The notes under the pieces were generated by a model that saw only the letters and a list, made by a program, of their open reading frames with translations, was not told where the DNA came from and searched no databases. From the IMG/VR virus record IMGVR_UViG_3300027503_000009: a stretch of DNA of 64,000 nucleotides, one strand, 5' to 3'. Both the position numbers and the translations under genes were made by a program. Below, piece after piece: positions 36,393-45,200 of this stretch (positions are counted from its first letter, which is position 1; every line of letters starts with the position of its first letter). Origin of the DNA: a virus.

Positions 36393-39300
36393 TTACTCCG
36401 AAATTAAAAATGCGTTCCAATCTGCTGCACCATTTACAGATGTGATATCTATTCTTAATAGATCTCCAGCAGTTAAACCTGAATTCGTAAATGAAGTAGT
36501 TGTTACTACGTTATTACCAGTAGTTAAAGTTATAGTAACAACAGTTGTTGGGAAAGTTGAACCATTATTCGATGATTTTAGAATTGATACTACAAAAGAC
36601 CCGCCTGTAGGAGCAGTTTTTGCTGTCAGTATTGCATTAGTTGCTGTTGAAGTGTATGGAACATACAAATATGGTGTAACGCTATTTGCAATAGTTGGTG
36701 TTCCACTTCCACCAAAAGTGAAAGTGGATTTAGTTAATCCTGTAGCTCCAGTGAAACCAGTTGCTCCAGTGAATCCAGTGGCCCCAATAAATCCAGTAGC
36801 ACCAATGAAACCTGTAGCTCCAGTAAATCCAGTAGAGCCTATGAATCCTGTGTCACCTTGTAATCCAGTTGCACCTATAAATCCAGTAGCACCAATGAAA
36901 CCTGTAGCACCAATAAATCCAGTAGCACCAATGAAACCAGTTGCTCCTTGTAAACCAGAACCCGTCGCACCTATAAATCCAGTGGCACCAATGAAACCAG
37001 TTGCTCCAGTAAATCCAGTAGAGCCTATGAATCCTGTGTCACCTTGTAATCCAGTTGCACCTATAAATCCAGTAGCACCAATGAAACCTGTAGCTCCAGT
37101 AAATCCAGTAGAACCAATGAAACCAGTTGCTCCTTGTAAACCAGAACCCGTCGCACCTATAAATCCAGTAGCACCAATGAATCCAGTTGAACCTGTAAAT
37201 CCTGTCGCACCTGTGAATCCAGTTGCACCTATAAATCCAGTAGCACCTATAAATCCAGTAGCACCAATAAAACCTGTAGATCCTTGTAATCCAGTTGCAC
37301 CAATGAAACCAGTTGCTCCAGTAAATCCTGTGGCTCCAATGAATCCTGTAGATCCAATGAATCCAGTTGCACCTATAAATCCAGTAGCACCTATGAATCC
37401 AGTAGCACCTATAAATCCAGTAGCACCAATAAAACCTGTAGAGCCTATGAATCCAGTAGCACCAATAAAACCTGTAGATCCTTGTAATCCAGTTGCACCA
37501 ATGAAACCAGTTGCACCTATAAATCCAGTAGCACCAATGAATCCTGTGTCACCTTGTAATCCAGTTGCACCTATAAATCCAGTAGCACCAATAAAACCTG
37601 TAGATCCGTGTAATCCTGTAGCACCAATAAAACCTGTAGCACCAATGAATCCTGTGGCTCCTGTGAACCCTGTTGATCCTATAAATCCTGTGGCTCCTAT
37701 GAAACCAGTTGATCCTATAAATCCTGTAGCTCCAATTAATCCAGTTGCACCAGTCAATCCAGTTGCACCTTGGAATCCAGTTACTGCTGAAATTACAGAT
37801 AAGAATAATTCATGATTATCTGTAAAATTCGAAGAACCACCGCTTGCAATTAATGTTACTGTAAAATCATAATATGCCGTAGAAGTTCCTATATTATTTC
37901 CAGTAACAGCAGTGATTTCCCAAGTTTGATAATTTTCGCTTACATTGCGATCTTGAATAATAAATCTTTGAGTCGATTTTAATAGACCCAAAATAATTTC
38001 AATATCTGTTAAATCGCTAGTTAAATGTGAAATATATATGTGTGTTGAACTAGTTTGGGTAGAGTTATTCCAAACAATAAATCCATCACCAGGATATGCA
38101 TTTGATTGAGTACTCGTCTCAGCAAGATAATAAAATAAACTTGTACTTTGTCCAGCGGGGCCAGTAAGACCAGTAGCACCTATGAAACCTGTAGATCCTT
38201 GTAAACCAGAACCTGTAGCACCAGTAAGTCCTGTCACCCCTGTAGCACCAGTGAAACCTGTGGCTCCAGCGAAACCTGTAGCACCAGTAAGTCCTGTCAC
38301 CCCTGTGGCTCCAGTGAAACCTGTGGCTCCAGTGAAACCTGTGGCTCCAGTGAAACCTGTGGCTCCAGTAAGACCAGTTAAACCAGTAGAACCGATAAAT
38401 CCAGTTGAACCAGTTAAACCAGTAGAACCGATAAATCCAGTTGAACCAGTTAAACCAGTAGCACCAATGAAACCTGTAGCGCCAATGAAACCAGTTGCAC
38501 CTATAAATCCAGTTAAACCAGTAGCACCAATTAAACCTGTAGCGCCAATAAAACCAGTTGCACCTATAAATCCAGTAGATCCAGTTAAACCAGTAGAACC
38601 GATAAATCCAGTTAAACCAGTTGAACCTTGGAAACCTGTAGATCCCTGTAATCCAGTAGATCCAGTTAAACCAGTAGAACCGATAAATCCAGTTAAACCA
38701 GTTGAACCTTGGAAACCTGTAGATCCCTGTAATCCAGTAGATCCAGTAAATCCTATACCTGTAGCACCAATAAATCCTACACCAGTAGCACCTTGATAGC
38801 CAGTAACACCTTGTAGTCCTGTTGCACCAGTAAATCCAGTAATACCTTGTGGTCCTGTTGCACCAGTAAATCCAGTAGCTCCATCCGAACCAACATAACC
38901 TGGAGTTCCAGTAGCACCTTGATACCCAATAACACCTTGTGGTCCTGTTGCACCAGTGAATCCAGTAGCACCAATTGGACCTGTATCACCAATATCACCA
39001 GTTCTTGCAAATGATATTACTATTTCAGTATTTCCAGATAAATTATCCATTGATCCAGAAATATATGATGATGGGACGTTAAAATAACTATCACCATGAG
39101 TATGCGTTCCTGTTATAGCAAATAATGCATAACTAGCAGGATTGACCTTTTCTGATATTGTAAAATGGCCTTTAATTAATGATGTTGAATCATCAATTGA
39201 TTGTAGGAAATTATAAACCGAAACAGAATTAGCATCTGTTTGGTTAATATACATTTCAGTAACTGAAAAGAAGTTTAAATTATTAAATCTTAATTTCCCT

Positions 39301-39725
39301 GATCCTGGATTACCAATGATAGTAAAATCATCGTAAATGTAATCAAAAGATGCACCACCAAAAGATCCTGCTGGTCCTTGCGCTCCTGTCGCTCCAATTA
39401 ATCCAGTTGCACCAGTAAATCCAGTAGCCCCCTGAAATCCAGTTGCACCATCTGAACCAACATAACCTGGAGTTCCAGTAGCACCAGTAAATCCAGTAAC
39501 ACCTTGTGGTCCTGTTGCACCAGTGAATCCAATACCTGTTGCACCTATGAAACCTGTAGCACCCTGATAAGGATTATTTATTTGAATAACATTATTGTTA
39601 TGATCTTTAGTGTAAAGAATTCTATCATTTAAATTTAAAGCTAATTCACCAATTTCTAATTGTAAATTAGTTGGTATTTTTCCAGGTTCAATACTTCTTT
39701 TTATTTTTATGATGTTTGATGGCAT
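36393..39725 (-). CDS. Collagen-like (Gly-Ala-Thr/Gly-Ser-Thr) fibre protein, 1110 aa
   Basis: N-terminal IKIKRS...P...L..GELALN..D..LY fibre-attachment-like domain; three GXY blocks separated by globular domains. Confidence 0.85.
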   Translation of the reverse strand: MPSNIIKIKRSIEPGKIPTNLQLEIGELALNLNDRILYTKDHNNNVIQINNPYQGATGFIGATGIGFTGATGPQGVTGFTGATGTPGYVGSDGATGFQGATGFTGATGLIGATGAQGPAGSFGGASFDYIYDDFTIIGNPGSGKLRFNNLNFFSVTEMYINQTDANSVSVYNFLQSIDDSTSLIKGHFTISEKVNPASYALFAITGTHTHGDSYFNVPSSYISGSMDNLSGNTEIVISFARTGDIGDTGPIGATGFTGATGPQGVIGYQGATGTPGYVGSDGATGFTGATGPQGITGFTGATGLQGVTGYQGATGVGFIGATGIGFTGSTGLQGSTGFQGSTGLTGFIGSTGLTGSTGLQGSTGFQGSTGLTGFIGSTGLTGSTGFIGATGFIGATGLIGATGLTGFIGATGFIGATGFIGATGLTGSTGFIGSTGLTGSTGFIGSTGLTGLTGATGFTGATGFTGATGFTGATGVTGLTGATGFAGATGFTGATGVTGLTGATGSGLQGSTGFIGATGLTGPAGQSTSLFYYLAETSTQSNAYPGDGFIVWNNSTQTSSTHIYISHLTSDLTDIEIILGLLKSTQRFIIQDRNVSENYQTWEITAVTGNNIGTSTAYYDFTVTLIASGGSSNFTDNHELFLSVISAVTGFQGATGLTGATGLIGATGFIGSTGFIGATGFIGSTGFTGATGFIGATGFIGATGLHGSTGFIGATGFIGATGLQGDTGFIGATGFIGATGFIGATGLQGSTGFIGATGFIGSTGFIGATGFIGATGFIGATGFIGATGFIGSTGFIGATGFTGATGFIGATGLQGSTGFIGATGFIGATGFIGATGFTGATGFTGSTGFIGATGFIGATGSGLQGATGFIGSTGFTGATGFIGATGFIGATGLQGDTGFIGSTGFTGATGFIGATGFIGATGSGLQGATGFIGATGFIGATGFIGATGFIGATGLQGDTGFIGSTGFTGATGFIGATGFIGATGFTGATGFTGATGLTKSTFTFGGSGTPTIANSVTPYLYVPYTSTATNAILTAKTAPTGGSFVVSILKSSNNGSTFPTTVVTITLTTGNNVVTTTSFTNSGLTAGDLLRIDITSVNGAADWNAFLISE
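36735..37780. repeat. Collagen-like coding tandem repeat block
   Basis: ([18 protein letters not shown])n, 18-bp periodicity. Confidence 0.95.
38160..38995. repeat. Collagen-like coding tandem repeat block
   Basis: ([18 protein letters not shown])n. Confidence 0.93.
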
Positions 39726-39748
39726 TTAGAAATCTCTTACAGAAAAGA

Positions 39749-39756
39749 TATTTATA
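39749..39756 (-). promoter_or_regulatory. T4 late promoter (collagen-like fibre gene)
   Basis: TATAAATA on minus strand. Confidence 0.75.
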
Positions 39757-39765
39757 TATTATTTA

Positions 39766-39951
39766 TTACTTTTCTATATCAGATATTTTTTTACCAGTTA
39801 CAAAAGTTGCTAATGCTGTAGAAAATGTTCTAAAAACGTCATTTCCCTCTGGGACTTTACAAAACATCATTATAATACCTAGTAAAGTAAAAAATGAAAA
39901 TATAAAAATAATTGAACCTGATAAAGATAAAGTTTCCAATCTTCTTCCCAT
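39766..39951 (-). CDS. Small membrane protein
   Basis: Hydrophobic helix; coupled to the gp15 stop. Confidence 0.55.
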   Translation of the reverse strand: MGRRLETLSLSGSIIFIFSFFTLLGIIMMFCKVPEGNDVFRTFSTALATFVTGKKISDIEK

Positions 39952-40934
39952 TAATAAGAACCCCCATCTATAACTAAATTATTTAATTCATTTGAAGATA
40001 TCCATTTTTGTGTTGATAAATTATAAATTAAAACTGATCCATCATATAAATTTACAGTATCAACATCAAACAAATCATCTAATTTTAGATAAGTAACAAC
40101 GCCTCCACCACCTCCACCCGAAGGACTAGTAGCACCACTTTCTGATGGTGGATTAGTTATAATTGTTGATGAATTATAATCATCAACAATAAATGTTTCT
40201 ATTAATGTGTAATTATCATTTACACCAGCATTTGAGGGATTAACCTCAACACTATAATATTGTTTACCACCAGCACCTTCAACTGTGGTATCTACAATTG
40301 TATTTACAATTGCTTTTTTAATAATCTTACTATCTTTTACTGGTGGATATAAATTTGATTCAACGGTAAATTTTAAATCCCAAATTAAAACTCTTCTATC
40401 CTCTACAGTTCCTTCATAATTATCTTGAGGATTTACGCTTTTTAATATAATAGGAATATCTTTTGAGATACCCATTGTATTATCTTCAATAATAGATATT
40501 GTGAATTGTGGTGTAAAATAAGGAACAATTTGTTCTAATATCATTAAACCATCATCCATATTTTTTGACATGATCCAAAGATCAAATGAAAAATCATATG
40601 GAACTGGATTATATTGAGATATTATATTATCTCTATTATCTGAACTTTTAAAGTTTTGATTTACAGTAGGTAATTTTCTACCTGATGCATATTGTAAACC
40701 AGATAGTTCAAATCCCATTCTAGGAAGTGAAATTTCTGTTTGTCTGTTAGCTTCAGCATCTTGTTCTAATCTCGTTAACCATTTTTGTTTTGGTCCATAA
40801 GATAAAGGTACACGAATATCTTTAACTAAACTTCCAGAATTATCTTTTCTCTGGACGTGTAAGTTATTAAATAAAGTTCCAAAAACTGAAACTAAACGTT
40901 TAATGTGTTCGTTATACCAAGTTTGTCCTAACAT
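39951..40934 (-). CDS. gp15: Tail sheath stabilizer/terminator with C-terminal extension
   Basis: FGTLFNN, VPLSYGPKQK, LPRMGFE, QIVPYFTP. Confidence 0.93.
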   Translation of the reverse strand: MLGQTWYNEHIKRLVSVFGTLFNNLHVQRKDNSGSLVKDIRVPLSYGPKQKWLTRLEQDAEANRQTEISLPRMGFELSGLQYASGRKLPTVNQNFKSSDNRDNIISQYNPVPYDFSFDLWIMSKNMDDGLMILEQIVPYFTPQFTISIIEDNTMGISKDIPIILKSVNPQDNYEGTVEDRRVLIWDLKFTVESNLYPPVKDSKIIKKAIVNTIVDTTVEGAGGKQYYSVEVNPSNAGVNDNYTLIETFIVDDYNSSTIITNPPSESGATSPSGGGGGGVVTYLKLDDLFDVDTVNLYDGSVLIYNLSTQKWISSNELNNLVIDGGSY

Positions 40935-41620
40935 TAGTTCTCTCTATTGAATTCACCAAATGGATTTTTTTCTGAGAAATCCAATATTGTAGTAGACTTT
41001 TCTTCTAACTTCTCATTATCTGAGAAGTTTGGTTGATCTATTTGCAGTTCTTTTTCCAACTTCTCATTAATATTATCAATTTCAGGAATTCCAGTTTCAA
41101 TCGTTTCGTCGGTAAATCTGTAAAGTTCGCAAGAAAGTTTCCAAACATACAAATCTCCCAATTGATATGTATTGCTGTATTCTTGATTTACATACATAAC
41201 TTCCCAAAGTTTTCTAGTCAAATAAGGAATAAAAATTAAGTCGCCTTCTTCTGGACGCTTAAGTCTATCATCAAATTGAACTCTTCTTATTCCTGTTTGG
41301 AAGTTTCTGTTATATTCTTCATCAAAGCGTTTCTTGGAAACTAATAGTGTAAAAGTTTGTTTAATATCTAAACCGAATTTAGAAATTAAGTTATCATTAC
41401 TAGTAAAATCTTCTGTACTTTCCATGTACATTTCAATAGGAAACTTATTCTTATATTCAAGTAAAACATCTTCTCCAAAAATTTCATCTTTTTTAACAAA
41501 AGTTTTTGGGATATAATAACAATCAATACCATGCATTGCTATACATTCAGTTAGCAAATTGTCTAATAATTTCTGTTCACTTTTATTTCTAAATTCATTG
41601 AAATATCTATTTGTAGGCAT
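40934..41620 (-). CDS. gp14: Neck protein
   Basis: EQ.L...L..E.I...G...YY.P, FGED, SKFG, RPEEGDLI. Confidence 0.92.
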   Translation of the reverse strand: MPTNRYFNEFRNKSEQKLLDNLLTECIAMHGIDCYYIPKTFVKKDEIFGEDVLLEYKNKFPIEMYMESTEDFTSNDNLISKFGLDIKQTFTLLVSKKRFDEEYNRNFQTGIRRVQFDDRLKRPEEGDLIFIPYLTRKLWEVMYVNQEYSNTYQLGDLYVWKLSCELYRFTDETIETGIPEIDNINEKLEKELQIDQPNFSDNEKLEEKSTTILDFSEKNPFGEFNREN

Positions 41621-41623
41621 TTT

Positions 41624-42370
41624 TTATCCAATGAAGAAATTAATTGGTAATTGATATGTTGATTGACATTCTTGTTCTAACTTATCAACTTCACCTACAG
41701 CTTCATCATATATTTTTTGACCATTTAGTTTAACACCACCTGGAAGTGAAACACCATCATATTTTTTTAAGTTATCACCCCATTGTTTTTTAAACAATGC
41801 AGTTGTATAATCTTTTAGCCATTTATCGTTATAAACTTTTGTAAATTGATCTGGATTAATAACTTTATATGTTTCAAAAATTAAATAGTCGCCAGCAGAA
41901 ACATCTCTTTCCCAATCCAAATCAATATGAATTCTTTGCTGGTGTCTGTTAAATCTTAATAGTTTTTCTTGATTGAATATAAATTCAATAAATGACAAGT
42001 AATCTCTTGTCATATGATAACCCTGCATAGACATGGTACTACCAAATGTATACAAGTCATTTAATGCATACTGATATCTAAAGTCGAAGATATTACCTTT
42101 TGTAGCACCAAAACCACCTAAACGAATCATCTTTACAACTGAAATAATTGAATCATCAACAGTTACATATCTATTTGTAATATCCTGTGATGTCATTTGA
42201 TATTTAAAATAATATCTGTCAGTAGCATCCATATGAAACTGTGTATAGTAATACATAGCATCATCAATGCGATCTTCTAATTGGTCTGGATCAACGTTTA
42301 TTTCAATTACAGGAAATCCTAAACGACGAAGGCAATAATCCTTTAATTGTTCTCTTGATGCTGGTTGCAT
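41624..42370 (-). CDS. gp13: Neck protein
   Basis: YCLRRLG.PVIEINV, KKQWG.NL.K, LPGGV.LNG. Confidence 0.95.
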   Translation of the reverse strand: MQPASREQLKDYCLRRLGFPVIEINVDPDQLEDRIDDAMYYYTQFHMDATDRYYFKYQMTSQDITNRYVTVDDSIISVVKMIRLGGFGATKGNIFDFRYQYALNDLYTFGSTMSMQGYHMTRDYLSFIEFIFNQEKLLRFNRHQQRIHIDLDWERDVSAGDYLIFETYKVINPDQFTKVYNDKWLKDYTTALFKKQWGDNLKKYDGVSLPGGVKLNGQKIYDEAVGEVDKLEQECQSTYQLPINFFIG

Positions 42371-43026
42371 TAGATTTTAGTTACCTCTGCATTTACTCTA
42401 ATTTCACCTTCGAATAAACGTTTTACTGTTGTATCCGCAAGAGTTGCTTCTACATCATATACATAACGTCCTGGTTTTAGTGCAGCAGTTTGTACTGCTG
42501 TTAGTGATAATGTTACTTCGGATGTTGTTGTATTTGTTGAAACTGTAAGCGTTACCGCTGATGAACTAGATGGTGAATATCTTAATTGTCCACGAACTGT
42601 TGCGCCAACTAAATTAATTAAAGCACCATTAATTCCAGCTTCTTTTTGAATTCTTGCTGTAGCTGTTGCTGTTGAACCTGAAGTTGGTGCTGAAATTGTT
42701 ACTGATGGATTTGATGTATAACCATCACCTTTATTGACTATATAAATTTTTGTTACAGAACCACCAGAAATTTCTGCACCAGCAGTTGCAGCAGAACCAC
42801 CACCCCCAGAAATTGTAATAGATGGAATAGAAGTATATCCATTACCCCCAGAAGTAATGGATATACTTTCTACATAACCTGTAATTGTACCTAGATCAAG
42901 TGGTAAAAAATCTGTATTTTCTGTTATTGATCCATTATCTAATGAATATGGATTTGTTTCATATGCTAATAATTTAGTAGAAAATGTTGAACCTTGATCT
43001 ATGTTTAAATTTATTAGTCTTGCCAT
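42370..43026 (-). CDS. Virion structural protein (BppU-like) with inserted GxGYT module
   Basis: NL.IDQGSTF...T..L.PGRYVYDVE...R..EG.I.V..EVT. Confidence 0.65.
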   Translation of the reverse strand: MARLINLNIDQGSTFSTKLLAYETNPYSLDNGSITENTDFLPLDLGTITGYVESISITSGGNGYTSIPSITISGGGGSAATAGAEISGGSVTKIYIVNKGDGYTSNPSVTISAPTSGSTATATARIQKEAGINGALINLVGATVRGQLRYSPSSSSAVTLTVSTNTTTSEVTLSLTAVQTAALKPGRYVYDVEATLADTTVKRLFEGEIRVNAEVTKI

Positions 43027-43027
43027 T

Positions 43028-43495
43028 TTACTTTAGTGTTGCTTTAAATGCTGTATATGCTAGATTGATTGCTGAATTTAACCAATTATCGGGAATATCT
43101 GTTACATCACCAATCTTTTGTCCACCAATTTGTAGTCCTGCACTACCAGCAGCTAAAATAGCTTTCTTTAATTCTCCCTGAATTAAAAGTCTGGCTGCAC
43201 CATTTAGATATGCTTGCTTTTCATATGAATTTAATGGTTGATTTAAATCAACTTCAACAGGCATATTTAACTTCTTAATCATAGCAACAATTTCATCATC
43301 AGCTTTTGATGGAGTCATTTTTGCAACTAATTCAACTGCTGGTAGAGCATATTGAATTAGTTGTGATACAGCAATCGCTGCACCTTCTACCTTTTTGAAA
43401 GAATCTCCAGAAAAGAAATTCTTTAATGCACTTACAATTTTATTAAAAAAACCAAGAATATTCATAATTATCTCCTTATGCCAAATCTTCTTCAA
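43028..43495 (-). CDS. Hypothetical helical protein (start probably 43465 after AAGGAG)
   Basis: ORF track; SD position. Confidence 0.65.
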   Translation of the reverse strand: MKKIWHKEIIMNILGFFNKIVSALKNFFSGDSFKKVEGAAIAVSQLIQYALPAVELVAKMTPSKADDEIVAMIKKLNMPVEVDLNQPLNSYEKQAYLNGAARLLIQGELKKAILAAGSAGLQIGGQKIGDVTDIPDNWLNSAINLAYTAFKATLK

Positions 43496-43805
43496 ATCCC
43501 CAAACTGTTACATGTACAGTTGGTGATGCTGATGTTACATTTACATATAAGTATTTACCAGATTCTAAAACAATTCCAGATCTAGTATAACTATCTTTTG
43601 GATAAACTACTGCATCATATTCAATATATTCACCATTAACAACTGAAGTTCCTGCTTGTAATGAAATTCTTACTGTTGCATTATTGGTATCAGAATTTGT
43701 AATATTGATAGTAAATGATGAAATTTTTCCAGCAGGAACTTGATAAATTTGAGTATTTGTATTTTGAGTACTAATATAAGTTGCTGCTAATCTACCTGAA
43801 GCCAT
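43476..43805 (-). CDS. Small virion structural protein
   Basis: Y.VPAG...EYIEYD...RSGIVL...V.GFEE; follows a fibre-like gene. Confidence 0.65.
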   Translation of the reverse strand: MASGRLAATYISTQNTNTQIYQVPAGKISSFTINITNSDTNNATVRISLQAGTSVVNGEYIEYDAVVYPKDSYTRSGIVLESGKYLYVNVTSASPTVHVTVWGFEEDLA

Positions 43806-43815
43806 ATTTTATTCC

Positions 43816-45006
43816 TTAATAAAGTTGTGTGATGCTTGTAAAATAACCACGTTTAGCTCTATTCCATCTTGCTGATGCTTTTGTTGATGTATGTGTTACA
43901 AAAATTTCATCACTTAATGGTTTATCTACATATTTAGTTCCATCAAAAACTAAGAAAGAATTTGGTTTTGGATCTAAAATAGGTTGCAAAATTGCTGGTG
44001 TTGTGGATGCTCCAGTTATAGTAATTGTTGGTGCAACTTCATATCGAGATCCAAAGTTTGTCATTGTAACGCCAGTAATAACACCAGATGTAACTGTTAA
44101 TGTAGCTGTTGCTGTTGTTCCGGAACTATCTACTTGTGATAAGTTTACAAATTCAAAACCGTCAGCAACTGATGTAGAAACAGAAGCTAAATTTGTTAAA
44201 TTAAATGTTCCAACGATTGTATCTACAATAAATCTCTTATTTGCAGAATCATATGATGTAATTCTACCTGTTGCAGAACTCACTGAAGTCACAGAACTTA
44301 AAGTAACAGAAACATTTCCAGGAGAAGTTGTAGCTGAAGTATTAGTAAATGTTCCCTTTAAAACAGAAATTAAAATAGATGAGCCATTTTTCTGTATAAT
44401 TCTTCCTTTAATAGTACCGGAAGATTGAGAAATTGTATCACCAACATAAACAGAACCTTCATTTGTAGTTGTTGCAGAAATAACAATTTGTTTAATTGTT
44501 CCTGTTAAATTAGTAACAACATTTCCAGTCAAAGTATTTGTCAAATTAACATCTAAGTAAACTGATGTTGATGGAGATGAAAATGCAATTGTTGGTGAAG
44601 TATAACCAGTACCACCATTAACAATCTGGACAGAAGTAACACTTCTACCAGCAGCAATCATGTTTCCTCTACGTTGTCCATTAATTGTTGCATCAACAAT
44701 TCTATTAGTTTTAACTCTCCATTGATCAAATGAATTATATTGATCTACATAATCATTTGCAGAAATTACAGCTTCACCAGCAGCATTAGAACCATCACCA
44801 GTGATGGTAACAGCAGGAATAGAATTATATCCATATCCAGCATTAGTAATAACAATTTCCGTTATAATACCACCAGCAACTGTAGCTACAGCAGTTGCCT
44901 GAACACCAGATGTTGGTGGAGCAATACTAACTGTTGCTGTAGTATAACCACTACCAGCATTAGTAATATTTACATTTAAAACGTTACCTGAACTTAGTAT
45001 GTTCAT
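43816..45006 (-). CDS. Fibre/whisker-like structural protein
   Basis: FDQWRVKTN motif; GxGYT modules; located upstream of the neck genes. Confidence 0.6.
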   Translation of the reverse strand: MNILSSGNVLNVNITNAGSGYTTATVSIAPPTSGVQATAVATVAGGIITEIVITNAGYGYNSIPAVTITGDGSNAAGEAVISANDYVDQYNSFDQWRVKTNRIVDATINGQRRGNMIAAGRSVTSVQIVNGGTGYTSPTIAFSSPSTSVYLDVNLTNTLTGNVVTNLTGTIKQIVISATTTNEGSVYVGDTISQSSGTIKGRIIQKNGSSILISVLKGTFTNTSATTSPGNVSVTLSSVTSVSSATGRITSYDSANKRFIVDTIVGTFNLTNLASVSTSVADGFEFVNLSQVDSSGTTATATLTVTSGVITGVTMTNFGSRYEVAPTITITGASTTPAILQPILDPKPNSFLVFDGTKYVDKPLSDEIFVTHTSTKASARWNRAKRGYFTSITQLY

Positions 45007-45008
45007 TT

Positions 45009-45200
45009 TTATTTCTCGATTTTACTTAAAATTAATTCCAACATACTTTTTATTTCAACCATTTCTCTCTCTAATTTATTTATTCTTTCTTTTTCTTGTT
45101 TCTGTTTATTAAATTTATCTAAAGCGGTTCTGTCTGTTGAAAGAACCGCTTTAGAGTTTATATCACGAATTAGAGTAGAATTTTCTATTTGTATATTCAT
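45009..45200 (-). CDS. Small conserved coiled-coil protein
   Basis: L.RD..SKAV...D...; LE.E..EIK.ML..IL. Confidence 0.7.
   Translation of the reverse strand: MNIQIENSTLIRDINSKAVLSTDRTALDKFNKQKQEKERINKLEREMVEIKSMLELILSKIEK

Noticed and set aside
36442-38796. Long plus-strand ORFs ([12 protein letters not shown] repeats), also 27951-28646 and the alternate-frame 27877-28473
   Set aside because: Antisense or off-frame shadows of the GATGFx repeats, which lack stops in those frames; no SD or promoter
26069-39725. Diversity-generating retroelement acting on the fibres
   Set aside because: No reverse transcriptase and no TR/VR pair with adenine-specific differences seen
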